A DNA stretch of 50,036 nt from an uncultured delta proteobacterium (GCA_963706575.1 CAVPNL010000016.1:1-50036); one strand, 5' to 3'. Counted from the stretch's first letter, positions 1-11,570 are shown. Notes: generated by a model not told the origin, from the sequence alone. Program-made: numbers and translations.

Positions 1-38
1 GCGCCAACTACAGTATACGGAGGATTATTTTAACATTG

Positions 39-66
39 AAAACCTGGTCTTTAGACCAGGGTTTTT
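39..66. terminator. Hairpin CCTGGTCT-tt-AGACCAGG with A and T tracts; probable bidirectional intrinsic terminator
   Basis: Perfect 8-bp stem at 43-60, flanked by AAAA and TTTTT, next to the stop of the minus-strand gene ending at 65. Confidence 0.55.
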
Positions 67-377
67 ATTTTTTTTTGGTCTTGCCGGGTTTAAACAATTT
101 CTTCTTTGTTTTTTTATAATATTCAATCGCCTTATTTTTGATGGTCACGATCAGAGGCGGCTTGATGTATTTATACCCTTTGTCCTTGTACACATTTCTG
201 GCGTTTTTCGGCGGCGGTGTGTCCGAAAAAGTACTTGTTTCCCGCTGCATCCGTCCAGGAATACAGGGTAATACCGGGTTGAAGCTTCTGATTTTTGGTT
301 TTGTCGTACCCATCCCACCCCAGATATCCGCCCGCGCCCATGATGATAATGATGATGACAATTAATGCTTTCCGCAT
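65..377 (-). CDS. DUF4124-like exported or membrane-anchored small protein (one frameshift near 226-230)
   Basis: Joining ORFs 171-377 and 65-361 across a homopolymer gives a hydrophobic N-terminus plus LYSWTDAAGNKYF-SDTPPP, matching the DUF4124 Y-x-W-x-D-x-x-G-x3-F/Y-S-D-x-P-P motif. Confidence 0.65.
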
Positions 378-510
378 GTGTGAATCTCCGTTAGTTATAT
401 TATATTAAAATTTAATTTAAAAAGCGATCTAAAGATTATTTGCTGATGGCCGATAATATCTGGTGGGTTCGTGGAGGAGCTGGGATAAAATTAAGGAAAG
501 GATTTAAATA

Positions 511-684
511 ATGGATGCCGGTCGTGTTTCTTTGGATAGTTCGATGGCGATGATCGTTCAACAGTTACAGGCCACCAGCGAGATGCAGGTTGCGGTGATG
601 AAAAAAATAGCTGAAGGCCAGCAGCAGATGGCTGAAATGCTGGCATCGACCGGCGTAGGACAAAACGTCGACGTCACCGCCTAA
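511..684 (+). CDS. YjfB-like small protein, 57 aa (below the ORF-track cutoff)
   Basis: MDAGRVSLDSSMAMIVQQLQATSEMQVAVMKKIAEGQQQMAEMLASTGVGQNVDVTA; the VAVMKK and C-terminal GxGQNVDVxA pattern is typical of YjfB; purine-rich RBS AAGGAAAGG upstream. Confidence 0.7.
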   Translation: MDAGRVSLDSSMAMIVQQLQATSEMQVAVMKKIAEGQQQMAEMLASTGVGQNVDVTA

Positions 685-827
685 AACGGGCTTTAAAGGC
701 TTATATTATGTTCGATGGCTGCGTTGCGATTCGCTTCAAAATACTCACGTACTGACGTGTACGCTCCGTTTTTGAACCGAATCGCGCCTTGCCCTCGAAC
801 ATAATATAAGCCTTTAAAGCCCGTTTT
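683..827. mobile_element. ERIC-like MITE, copy 1 (145 bp)
   Basis: Perfect 33-bp terminal inverted repeats (683-715/795-827) around the core GGCTGCGTTG...TCACGTAC..GTACGCTCC...CGCCTTGC. Confidence 0.7.
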
Positions 828-1085
828 GGTTTTAGATTATCGTTTCCTGGAAATCAGGAAGCGCCGATCCAGGCGAAAATCGCAATTATCAAAAAAAAGA
901 TCCATTCAAACAGCTTGTTCACGCCTTTTGGGATTTTAGAAGCGGCAGCTATGACAATCTGTATTTTACACCGCCGATCATGTAATGTTCCAAATTATTG
1001 ATTGCGGCATAAACGGGTGTACGGTTGCAGAAAAAAACGTTTGAATACCACAATGTTTTTTTGACACCCATCGGTTTCCGGCGGC

Positions 1086-1114
1086 TTGACACGGCATATG
1101 CATTTGCCTATACT
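1086..1114 (+). promoter_or_regulatory. sigma70-type promoter of purB
   Basis: TTGACA-N17-TATACT, about 60 nt upstream of the purB ATG. Confidence 0.65.
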
Positions 1115-1173
1115 CCACTGATGCTCACCGATCTATAACATTCCATAAATATAAAATTGGAAAAAGACCTGCC

Positions 1174-2525
1174 ATGAAATTTTCGAATTTAGAAGCCATT
1201 TCACCGGTTGATGGACGCTATCGGAGCGCGGTCGCGCAGCTCGGAAATTATTTTTCAGAAGGGGCGCTGATCAACTATCGAGTGCAAATCGAAATCGAAT
1301 ACTTCATTGCGCTGTGCCGTCTCCCGCTGCCTGCGCTTAAAGGTGTCGGTAAAAAGTCGTTTGATTCGCTGCGGCGAATCTATAAAGATTTTTCCCTCGA
1401 AGATGCCGGCAAAGTTAAGGAAATCGAAAAGGTTACTAACCACGACGTCAAAGCCGTTGAATATTTTTTAAAAGATAAATTTGATGAGCTGGGCCTGGAA
1501 GCCTATAAAGAGTTTATTCATTTCGGGTTGACATCCCAGGACATCAACAACACGGCTTTACCGCTTTCACTGAAAGAAGCTTATTTGGAGGTGCTTAAAC
1601 CGGCGCTGGATGACGTTAGTGAAACGCTTCAAACCAAAGCCGCAGAATGGGCAAATGTCCCCATGCTGGCCCGCACCCACGGCCAGCCGGCTTCACCCAC
1701 GACGGTCGGAAAAGAAATTTATGTGTTCGTCGACCGCCTCGGGGTTCAGTCCGGTCTTTTAAAAACCATCCCTTTTTCCGCCAAGTTCGGCGGCGCCACC
1801 GGAAACTTCAACGCCCATCAGGTCGCCTATCCGGACATCGATTGGATTGCATTTGCAGATCATCTGGTCAACAAAACACTGGGCCTATCACGCTCCAGGG
1901 TCACGACTCAGATTGACCACTATGACAATCTGGCTGCGTTTTGCGACAACTTCAAACGGATTAATACGATCCTGGTGGACCTGAATCGGGACATATGGGC
2001 ATATATTTCTTTGGATTATTTCAAGCAGAAAATAAAAAAGGGCGAAGTCGGCTCTTCGACCATGCCCCATAAGGTCAACCCCATGATTTTGAAAATTGTG
2101 AAGGCAATCTGGGCGTTGCCAATGCGATATTGAACGTCTCGGCAAGGGCAAGCTTCCCATTTCCAGACTCCAGCGGGATCTGACTGGTCTCGACCGTAAC
2201 CCGAAATATCGGTGTGCCGCTTGCCCATACCCTCATTGGATTTGAATCATTGATGAGGGGCTTGACAATTGATTCTCAATGGGCTGCATCCGAGCGGATC
2301 TCCGGAAAACAATTGGGCGGTGGTGGCAGAAGCTATCCAAACCATCCTGCGCCGCGAAGGCTATCCACAGCCATATGAAGCCTTGAAATCCTTGACCCGC
2401 ACCCATAAGAACATCAACGCCAAATAATTGCCGAATTTGTCGATTCCCTCGATGTTTCTCAGGCTGTTAAAGCTGAGTTGTTGAAAATTACGCCTGAAAA
2501 TTATACTGGAATCACGAAATTTTGA
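1174..2525 (+). CDS. purB: Adenylosuccinate lyase (3' part broken by several indels)
   Basis: SPVDGRY, TNHDVKAVEY, HFGLTSQD, ARTHGQPA, GSSTMPHKVNP motifs; downstream frames give EAIQTILRREGYP and TPENYTG, with a stop at 2523-2525. Confidence 0.93.
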
Positions 2526-2558
2526 TTGCGATTCACGTGGTAAACCATAAGAGCAGGT

Positions 2559-2743
2559 TTCAGGTGTCAGGTGTCACGGTTCAAAGATTCAGAGATTCAG
2601 GGTACAAGGGTTTGTTAAATTAGTCTTATTCGTTTCATTGGTTCAATTGGTTGTCTTAAACCGAACCAATTGAACCAATTAAACCAATCAAACCAATTAA
2701 ACAGATGCAACGCATTGCAGCAGAATGACACCTGACACCTGAA
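2559..2743. repeat. Composite hairpin repeat family R1, copy A
   Basis: Perfect 18-bp outer IR TTCAGGTGTCAGGTGTCA/TGACACCTGACACCTGAA, 7-nt GGTTCAA-like units, and inner inverted arrays of ~9-nt AACCAATT/ATTGGTT units; lies between convergent genes. Confidence 0.75.
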
Positions 2744-2750
2744 CACTTTT

Positions 2751-3656
2751 TTACGTTGGTCCCTGCAACAGGGCGGTGGAAACCCGTTGACCAGCCCGCG
2801 AGATGACTTCTGCTAGAAGCATTCTTCGATTCGACCGATCAAACAAACCGAAATCGGGGTCCAAATTCATCATCACCCTGCCAGAACAGGTCATACACCG
2901 GGATCCGTGGAAAGGGGAACAGCTGATAGGCCACATCCGCAGGTCCACGGGCCGGCCTTCAAAATTCGGCGCTATCTTTGAAACCTGCCGAATCCCCACC
3001 GTAGCGCTTTATGAGTGGATCGACCTGCAGCGCATGCGGCCCCTGAAAAGAATGAGCCTCTTTGAGATCTTTGACGCCCACGATTTCTTTGCCAACGGGA
3101 TGGAGCTTTTTGACGCGATTCAGATATACCACTGTGACCAGTTCCAAAAGTGGATCTTTTGTGGGTTCCCGTCCCTGGCCCTCATTGCGCTTCAAACAGC
3201 GCGCGTCGAAGTCCACCAGCAGGTCTTCATTTAAAAATGAAAAATCAGCTGATGAGGGGCGGCCATGCTGAAGAGGGTCAGGTTACAGAGGATGTTCAGA
3301 TCCTTTTTTTGCAGGTCATCCCAAAAGTGCGGTGATACGTCCACCGGAGATTTGTCGGGAGCAAATGCCGGTGGATGTTGTTTGCGGCGGCGCTGTTGCA
3401 TCTGTAGGTATCCTTCGCTAGACGGGTAAGGGCCCTGAGAAATTATCGCAGGGAGATTGACGGCAATCCCGCAGGCGGTATTCAATTTGATTCATTGAGC
3501 ACTTGCCAGAACGGCGCAGGTACTGCCGAATGTGCTGTGCTGTGCGGCCAGTTTTTGTTCGGCTTCCGGACTTTTGCCCGATCCGCAACTTGGTCATGTA
3601 CCCAGCAGGTTCAATTTACACACATCGCAATTAATACCGCAAGCTCCGGTAGGCAT
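2751..3656 (-). CDS. Cys-rich N-terminal domain fused to a DUF3786-like domain (multiple indels and an in-frame TGA)
   Basis: Begins MPTGACGINCDVCKLNLLGT*PSCG; fragments LRDCRQSPCDNF, GPYP..GYLQMQQRRR, EAHSFQGPH, PFPRIP..LFWQGDDEF..FDRS; the last resembles DUF3786. Confidence 0.55.
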
Positions 3657-3699
3657 GGTTTCTTCTCATAATTACTTGTGCTTACAGATGTCAAAGTTT

Positions 3700-3868
3700 C
3701 CGGTGTCGGTCAACTGCCAGGTGTCACATCTGTTGATTGGTTAGATTGGTTGGATTCGTTCGATTGGTTCGGTTTCAACCAACCAATTCAACCAATGAAA
3801 CAAATGAGACCAATTTAACAAGTCCTTTAACCCTGGACCCTGAACCCTAGACCTTTGAACCTTGACAC
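3700..3868. repeat. Composite repeat family R1, copy B (reverse orientation)
   Basis: ATTGGTT/AACCAAT arrays followed by ACAAGTCCT and CCCTGAAC/TTGAACC heptamers; reverse complement of copies C and D. Confidence 0.7.
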
Positions 3869-4674
3869 TTTCGACATATATGCGTACTGCGCTCACCGAC
3901 GATGATTCTTCGATTTTTCGTCTGGCATCGCGGACACGGCCGGTCGGTGCGTCGATACCTTCAGTTGTCGCGGTTGCGTCCTTGATGTTTGGCGATGGAA
4001 TAAAAGTTGGCTTTGCCGGTCCCCAGTGAGGTGACCAGGTTTTTCAATCCCCGCTTCAACACCCGGGGATCGCCCGATGAAGGGCACGGATCTCAGGCTC
4101 GGATAGAGATGTCTGCGATCCGGCAGGGGTCAATCTTTGATTCCCACAGGGCTTCGTCGACGTGTATGTTGCCGAGTCCGGCAATGAAGGTCTGGTCCAA
4201 CAGGAGCGGTTTCAACAGGCGTCGGCGCGGATTTAATCGTCCAGCCAACATTTTGCAGGTAAATCGACTGCCAGCGGTTCCGGGCCTAACCGGCCTAAAT
4301 TTTTATCCGCATCGGATGTCAGATGGATTCGGCCAAATTTACGGGTATCATGAATCGCCGCCTGTTTTCCGCCCTTTAATTCGAATAACATGTTCATGCT
4401 TTTTGCGGGGCGACGCTTGCGAGATCAGGTGCAGGCGGCCTGACATGCGAAGATGCATGAGCAGGTGGTCTCCGTTTTTGAAATCAAAGACAATAATTTT
4501 CCGCGACGCCGGATTACTGATATTTTTTTTTCTTTGATCGGCCTGCGAAATGCGCTGGCCGATGGTTCTGCAATCGTGCGTGTCCAGAAACCCTTGCACC
4601 GGCTATGACGGCACCTTCAACGCCGGCTGCTTTGAGGTCGCCGACAATGGCTGTACTTCTGGAAGTTCGGGCAT
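3847..4674 (-). CDS. mutM: Formamidopyrimidine-DNA glycosylase Fpg (several indels)
   Basis: N-terminal MPELPEVQ, HLRMSG, LLDQTFIAGLGNIHVDEALW and a C-terminal zinc finger CPRC...RSTHICRKCQ. Confidence 0.9.
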
Positions 4675-4683
4675 ATTGAGTCT

Positions 4684-4870
4684 GTCAGGATTCCGGGTTC
4701 AAGGTTCAATGTTCAAAGGTTCAGGTTTCAGGGGTATAAGGACTTGTTTGATTTGTTTTATGGTTTCATTGGTTGGATTGGTTGGTATGACCGAAGCAAT
4801 TGGACGAATTGACCCGATCAAACCATTAAAGCGGATGCATCGACTGCCAGTTGACTGATATCTGAAACCT
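4684..4870. repeat. Composite repeat family R1, copy C
   Basis: GGTTCAA heptamer run, AGGACTTGTT, then inverted ATTGGTT/AACC arrays, as in copy D. Confidence 0.7.
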
Positions 4871-5048
4871 TCCTTTTGGGGCCTTTGTTTTAACGATTGA
4901 CGATATAGGGTCGTCGACTTGTAGAATGGGCCATTTTCACGGAGTCCTATGCGATAACACCGCTCTAAAAAAAAATATTGATTGCAACCATAATCTATAA
5001 CCCTAATTGATCGTAAACAAAATGAAAAACAGGGGGTAAAGTTTTAAA

Positions 5049-6207
5049 ATGGATTTTAGCCTTTCGACCGACCATGAAATTTTACGTGAATCCGTGCGCA
5101 GTTTCGCTGAAAAGGAGATCAAACCGGTTGCCAGGGAGCTGGATGAAAAAGAAGAATCTCTTATGAAACCATGCAGAAAATGGCTGAACTGGGACTTTTC
5201 GGGATTTTTGTTTCCGATAAATACGGTGGCCAGGAAATGGATTACCTTTCTTATATCATTGCGGTTGAAGAGATCGCCCGGGTCGATGGATCACATGCCG
5301 CCACCGTTGCTGCTGAGAACTCCTTGGGCATTGGACCGCTTTATTATTTCGGTAATGAGGAACAAAAAAAGAAATATCTGCCGAAGCTATGCAGCGGAGA
5401 GGCGCTCTGGGGGTTCGGGCTGACAAGCCGCAATGCGGGTTCGGACTCTGGCAACACGCAGACCAACGCAGTCCTGGACGGTAATGAATGGGTGATCAAC
5501 GGTAGCAAGATCTTCATCACCAATGCCGCCACCGATATCACCGCCGGATCGACCGTTTTAGTCCGCACCGGCGTCAGAGATGACGGCAAACCTGAACTGT
5601 CGTGCATTATCGTGGAATCGGGCACACCCGGATTTACCGCCAAGAGAAATGCATGGCAAGCTCATGTGGCGCGCTTCAAATACCAGCGAGCTCTATTTTG
5701 AAGACTGCCGCGTTCCCAAAGAAAACCTGTTAGGCCCCCGGGGGCAGGGATTCCACCAGATGATGAAGACACTAGTACGGCGGCCGATTATCCATCGGTG
5801 CCATGGGCCTTGGGGGTGCCCAGGGTTGCCTCGATATGGCACTGAAATACAGCCAGGAACGCGAACAATTCAGCCGGCCGATAGCGACCTTCCAGGTAAA
5901 TGCCTTTAAGCTGGCTGATATGGCCACGGAAATCGAATGCGCCCGTCTGCTGTTATACAAAGCCTGCTGGTTGAACGACAATGCCCTGCCGTATGCCAAA
6001 GAGGCGGCCATGGCGAAGCTGTACTGCTCCGAAGTGATGTATCGAGCCGCCAACCATGCCGTCCAGCTTCACGGTGGATACGGATTAATGAAAGAGTATG
6101 ATATCGAGCGGTTTTACAGAGATCAGAAGCTTCTTGAAATTGGCGAAGGAACATCCGAAGTCCAGCGGCTTGTCATCGCCAGGTACCTGGGAGCAAAATG
6201 CATGTAG
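5049..6207 (+). CDS. Acyl-CoA dehydrogenase (indels near 5155, 5645 and 5775)
   Basis: Fragments MDFSLSTDHEILRESVRSFAEKEI, NGSKIFITN, REQFSRPIATFQ, QLHGGYG, IGEGTSEVQR. Confidence 0.9.
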
Positions 6208-6238
6208 AACCCATCTCCTATTTTTGAGATGCGTTCTA
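6205..6238. mobile_element. Collapsed (ends-only) MITE of the AGAACCCATCTC subfamily, flanked by TA
   Basis: TA-GAACCCATCTC ctattttt GAGATGCGTTC-TA; both ends match the element at 16296-16439; overlaps the TAG stop of the dehydrogenase. Confidence 0.6.
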
Positions 6239-6299
6239 TGGTTGTTTCCCATAAATATTGTTGGAAATATTATTAAATACTGAGGCGTGTTATCCATCC

Positions 6300-6386
6300 G
6301 TCATTTCCGCACAGGCGGGAATCCAGGCGTCTTTGAACTGGACTCCCGCCCCATCTACACGGGGGCAGGCTCTGCGCGGGAGTGAC
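6300..6386. repeat. REP-like inverted doublet with an internal palindromic insertion
   Basis: GTCATTTCCGCACAGGCGGGAATCCAG ... CTGGACTCCCGC[CCCATCTACACGGGGGCAGGCT]CTGCGCGGGAGTGAC. Confidence 0.65.
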
Positions 6387-6473
6387 AATCATTTTGCAAT
6401 GTATTTGTAGGACACAACACTAGCAAAATACTGAATTCAAAAAATGATAAAAAAATATTTTTAAGGAGATAAG

Positions 6474-7112
6474 ATGCAAGAAAAAACAAAAAAACCGCAT
6501 TTTGATTTTGACTTTTTTGAGGATTTGACCGGTGATATACCCTTGGAGCCGCCAAAGAGCATGGATGACGTCGGGGATCGTATCCTGAGGATCCGGGAAG
6601 AAAAGGATCTTTCATTAGACGAGATTTCAAAGATGACCGGATTCGATGTCGAATTTTTATCTAAAATCGAAAGTAAGGAACTGCAGCCCCAACTGGGCAC
6701 GATGATCAAGCTATCAAAGGCGCTGGACAGTGCCTTCGGACGTCTGGTTTCAGGGGTCGGCGAAAAACTTTATTCCATCACCCGCAAAAACGAGCGCCGC
6801 ACGATTTCGCGTTCCACATCCAAAAAAGGTCAGAAGCAAATCTATACTTACAAAAGCCTGGCACCGGATGTGAAAGGGCGTCACATGGAGGCTTTTCTGG
6901 TCCAGCTCGAGGAAGATCCCGAAAAGGAAATCTCGCTGCATGAAGGCGAAGAGTTCATCTTCGTACTGGACGGGGAAGTCATATTAGAAATCGGGGAAGA
7001 TAAGTTTGTACTGGAGCCGGGAGACAGTGCTTATTATTTGTCGACAACCGCCCATCACATTGCGGCTAAAAATGGAAAAGCAACTATACTGGCGGTGATG
7101 TACGATGCCTGA
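6474..7112 (+). CDS. XRE-family HTH plus cupin transcriptional regulator
   Basis: VGDRILRIREEKDLSLDEISKMTG...LSKIE HTH and HEGEEFIFVLDG cupin motif. Confidence 0.88.
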   Translation: MQEKTKKPHFDFDFFEDLTGDIPLEPPKSMDDVGDRILRIREEKDLSLDEISKMTGFDVEFLSKIESKELQPQLGTMIKLSKALDSAFGRLVSGVGEKLYSITRKNERRTISRSTSKKGQKQIYTYKSLAPDVKGRHMEAFLVQLEEDPEKEISLHEGEEFIFVLDGEVILEIGEDKFVLEPGDSAYYLSTTAHHIAAKNGKATILAVMYDA

Positions 7113-7222
7113 TGATGAGAGGTGGCTTCAAAGGTTTTTCTGAAGGCGATTCTAATTCATTATCCTTGTCTTAAAAATTCACAGTCAAAAACGATAAAAT
7201 TTTAATGCGTACGCTTTACCAT

Positions 7223-7261
7223 GGCCATGCACCCCACACGGGGAGCATGGCCGATTTTTTT
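7223..7261 (+). terminator. Probable intrinsic terminator
   Basis: GGCCATGC/GCATGGCC stem, extended by CCCC/GGGG, followed by a T7 tract downstream of the regulator. Confidence 0.55.
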
Positions 7262-7495
7262 CTGAATATTGGTTTTTTCTGAAAATTTGTTATAACTTAT
7301 AGTGGATCCATTCTTGAAATTCTGATTTTAGGTACTACCCTAATTGCGTTGGAACTTAATACCTGAATTTTGCACGTAATTCTCCTTTACAAAGTGCAAG
7401 ATTGGTTTTTCCTTATTGATCCGAAGCGAATTTGGTTATTTAAAAATTCAGGTACGAGCTTTTTCTTTTACAGCTACCCATCGGAGGGATTGAAT

Positions 7496-10400
7496 ATGCG
7501 TTTTGTCAAAAGTGTTAAATTCGGTTTGTTACTGCTGTTACTGATCGTAAATATCTGCCTGGCAGCGAGCTCACCGGTTGATATTAAACTTGACGTCAAA
7601 GAATTCCAGCTTGAAAACGGCATGCTGTTTCTGGTTGTCGAGCGACCGGCGACGCCGCAGGTGGCCTGTCGGCTGGCGATTCGTGCAGGCTCGGCCCTTG
7701 AGCAATCGGGTAAAACCGGTATTGCGCATTTGCTGGAGCATATGATGTTTAAAGGCACCAAAAATTTTGGCACCCTGGATGTGGCCAAAGACCAGCAGCT
7801 GCAGAACCAAATCGAGGACGCCTATCAAACCATTCTCAATGAACAACAGAAGCGCAACCCCGACCTGGAACTGATCAAGGCAAAACGCGCCGAGATGGAA
7901 AAGCTGCGGGCGGAAGTCCAAAAAATTTACATACCTCAGGTTTTTTCCTCCCAGCTGGGTAAAAACGGGGCCGTCGGTGTCAATGCGTTTACCAGCAAAG
8001 ATCAGACTCAGTATATGGCATCGGTGCCCTCGGACATGCTCGAACAGTGGTTTTCCATCGTCAGTGAGCAGTTGTTTGAGCCTTCCTGGCGTGAATTTTA
8101 CGTTGAAAAAGAAGTGGTTCAGCGGGAATGGGCATTTCGGTACATCAATGACCCCGGCGGGGCTGCCTGGCTGGATTTGAGCGCCACTGCTTATAGCGCG
8201 CATCCCTATCGCAATCCCACGATTGGATGGAAAAGCGATATGGAAAAATTCAGCACCCGGGATGCGATCGGATTTCATCAAAAATATTATAACCCGGCCA
8301 ACTCCGTTTGCGTCCTTGTTGGAGATGTTAGCTTAAAAGAGGCTAAAAAACTGGCTGAAACATACTTCGCGCGTTATCCTGCCGGCCGACGAACACCTGA
8401 ATCGGTTACAATTGAGCCGCCCCAGCAGGGGCCTCGGAAAAGTATTCGTTTTTTAAAAGGGGCCCGCACGCCCCTGGTTGCGAGTCGGGTATCACAGCGT
8501 CCAAATGGGGACCCGGGATTTTTACGCGCTGGATGCCATGATCATGGTGCTCAGTCATGGGCGCGGTGCCCGCATGACCCACAATATCATCAACAAAGGC
8601 CTGGGCGTAGAAGCCTGGGCCTACAATCCCGATAACCGTTACGGCGGCATGCTCATCGTCGGCGGGTCACCCAATGAGCCGCAAGATCTGAAAATGGCTG
8701 CGGGTCAGGTCAGTGAAGATGAGAAACGCAAGGCCTATCTGGCGGCCTGTGAAAAGCTCGAGACTCTGCTCATCGGGGAAGTTGAAAAATTTAAAACCGA
8801 GCTGGTATCATCCCGGGAACTTGCGCGCATCAAAAAACTGAATCAACGCGACTTTTTGGATAGAATGCGCAGCAATGAGAGCCTGGCAGGCACCCTGGCA
8901 ACCCTTGAGGTTCAGATCGGCTGGCGCTATATGACGCATTACCTGGAGCGCATCGATGCCGTTACCCCGGAAGATATCCGCGAAGCCGCCCAAAAATATA
9001 TTCGAACGGATAATCAAACCACCGTTTATGTTATTCCGGGCGGACAACCCGATAAACCGCCTGAAAAATACACCGAAATTCGGTCCGTTAGCGGCGGTGC
9101 GGCGGCAAATGTCCAACATAAGGGTGACCAGATAAACAGATCTGAATATGCCACCCATGAGGGTTGGAAGCATCCCCTGCACTTTCAGCGGGATCCTCAA
9201 AAAATTAAATATCCACCGCCACAGATATTTGACGTTGAGAAGGTCAAGGTGTTTTACCTGCCGGATCGCGAGCTGCCCTTGATTGACCTGACGATTCTAA
9301 TCAAGGCCGGTTCCGTGGATGTGGATGGATCCAAGGCCGGTTTAACCGATATTCTCAACAGCGTCATCGTGCGCGGGGGAACAGAGACATTATCACCCAA
9401 TGAACTGGCCCTGGTGCTCGATGAGAATGCCATCCAGCTTGGCGTTTCGGTGGATGAAGAGCAGACCACGGTGCATCTTTCTGTGATGAAAGCGGACTGG
9501 GATAAGGGTTTAGCGCTTTTGCAGGCGGTCTTAACCCGGCCCGGGTTTGATCCCGAGGTGCTGCAGGTTGTTAAAAACCAGGAACTGGTATCGCTCAAAA
9601 GACAGGGCGGTGACGCACAGTCAGTGGCCATGCGCGAAAGCAAAATCTGGCATTTTAATAACCACCCCTATGGCCGCGATCCACTGATGGGTTTGCAGAC
9701 GATTCCCACCATTACCCGGGAGGATCTAAAGCACTTTTTGAAAACGTATTTTGTCCCCGGCAACATGACGGTTGCCATCGCCGGCGATATCGACAAAAAT
9801 AAAATAATTGCCGGATTGAAAACGTTCTTCCAGGCTTTTCCGGAAACCAAAGCACCCCGGCGCAAATTAAAGGACCCGAAGATTACCTCACCGGTCCTGG
9901 CACTGGTCAACAAACCCGGTCAGGTCCAATCCCAGATCATTCTCAGCCTGCCGGCCCACAAACGGTCGCATCCCGATTACTGGAAAACGAGCCTTTTGAT
10001 GAACATATTCGGCGGCAACGATTCTCTAATGTATAAACGCCTGCGGGATGATCTGGGGCTGGTCTATTCCGCCGGCTTTTTTCAGACCTATAAATGGCGA
10101 GCCGGCCAGCTTTTAGGCTACATCGGGTGCAAAGGAGATCAGACCGCTGCGGCCATTATCGAAACCATAAAAGTTATGGACGCCCTGCGCAAGGAAATTC
10201 CTGAAAGAGAGCTGGAATTAAAGCGGCTGGATGCGCTGAACAGCTTTGTTTTTAACGTGGATACCAAATCAGAACTGGTGGACGTCTACGGTCGCTACCA
10301 TATGCGCAAAGAACCACTTGATACCCTCGAAAAAATTCAGGATGCCTACATGCGCACCACTAAAGAAGAACTTCACCGCATTGCCGGAGAACTGCTTGAT

Positions 10401-10544
10401 CCTGCCAAAATCCAAATTTTTGTTGTGGGGGATAAAAACATCAACGTGCCGTCGTCAGACGGCAAAATGGTTACCCTGGAAGAAGACCTCAAGACCCTGG
10501 CGCACAAACTTGATCTGCCATTTCAGGAAATAGCGTTGCGGTAA
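7496..10544 (+). CDS. M16 (pitrilysin/insulinase-like) zinc peptidase with signal peptide (frameshift near 8478)
   Basis: GIAHLLEHMMFKG (HxxEH), NAFTS, HPYRNPTIGW; second half has inactive-type M16 domains (HPYGR, LRDDLGLVYS); RBS GGAGG before ATG 7496. Confidence 0.9.
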
Positions 10545-10643
10545 CCCCGTGATGCATTTTTCATCAGCTTGACACCGTGGGCGCTATTTTTTATTATCAA
10601 TTTACATTCAAATCGACTACAAAGAGCGCAACAGGAGATAAAT

Positions 10644-11567
10644 GTGAGATTAGTTACTCGATCGGATTTCGACGGCTCGGTGTGTACGGCTATTCTGGAA
10701 GAGTTGGGGCTCATCGATGATATTCTTTACGTTCATCCCAAAGATATGCAAGATAACAAAATTGCTGTAACCCCAAATGATATTCTGGCAAATGTACCCT
10801 TTGTCAACGGTTGTGGGTTATGGTTTGATCATCATTCCAGTGAGAATGAGCGTTTGCAGTTGGATGGTAAATTTAAGGGCGTTAGCAAAAACGCTCCCAG
10901 TGCGGCTCAGGTCGTTTACGATTACTACAAACAGGATAAAGCCTGTGCCGATAAGTTAAGAAAATTTAAAAAGCTGATTCAAATTGCCGGTAAAGCCGAT
11001 TCCGCTAAATTTACCAAAGAAGATATTCTGCGTCCAAAGGGTTGGATCATGCTTGCATTTATTGCTGATCCGCGCACCGGCCTGGGATATAAGCGCAGCT
11101 TTAGCATCAGCAATTTTGAGCTTATGAAAAAATTGCCGCAATTGTTGCGCACCAAAAAAGTGGAAGAAATCTTAAGCTTATCCGATTTCCAGGAACGGGT
11201 GAAGCTGTATCATGAAGAAAATAAAAAATACGAAGAGTTGATTATCCGGTCGACCAGAACCGAGGGCCATGCACTTGTGATTGACCTGCGCAATTGTGAG
11301 GCCATACCGGTGGGCAACCGCTTTCTGGAGTATGTTTTGTATCCCGAGCAGAACATATCGATTCGAATTGTAGACGGCAAAAATAAAGCGTTTGCGATGA
11401 TATCCGTCGGGCACAGTATCATCAAGCCGACATCTACGATCGATGTGGGTGTCTTAACCCTCAAATACGGCGGGGGTGGGCATAAACGGGTCGGAACCTG
11501 CCAGGTTGCATATGAAGACGTCGACCGGGTCGTCAGCGAAATGCTGGATGTGATTAACGCATCTTAA
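10644..11567 (+). CDS. DHH/DHHA1 phosphoesterase (exopolyphosphatase/nanoRNase-related)
   Basis: RLVTRSDFDG, WFDHH, GGGGH motifs; GTG start after AGGAG. Confidence 0.82.
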   Translation: MRLVTRSDFDGSVCTAILEELGLIDDILYVHPKDMQDNKIAVTPNDILANVPFVNGCGLWFDHHSSENERLQLDGKFKGVSKNAPSAAQVVYDYYKQDKACADKLRKFKKLIQIAGKADSAKFTKEDILRPKGWIMLAFIADPRTGLGYKRSFSISNFELMKKLPQLLRTKKVEEILSLSDFQERVKLYHEENKKYEELIIRSTRTEGHALVIDLRNCEAIPVGNRFLEYVLYPEQNISIRIVDGKNKAFAMISVGHSIIKPTSTIDVGVLTLKYGGGGHKRVGTCQVAYEDVDRVVSEMLDVINAS

Positions 11568-11570
11568 AAA

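Noticed and set aside
4007..4858. Plus-strand ORFs 4007-4537, 4550-4858 and similar ones (2803-3234, 21080-21502, 30730-30948, 47836-48321)
   Set aside because: Antisense to real genes or read through repeat elements; translations are low-complexity or unrecognisable
1174..8500. Cluster of apparent pseudogenes (purB, DUF3786 fusion, mutM, acyl-CoA dehydrogenase, M16 peptidase)
   Set aside because: Indels hit essential or otherwise intact genes and cluster regionally, often at homopolymers; a low-coverage long-read consensus is the simplest explanation
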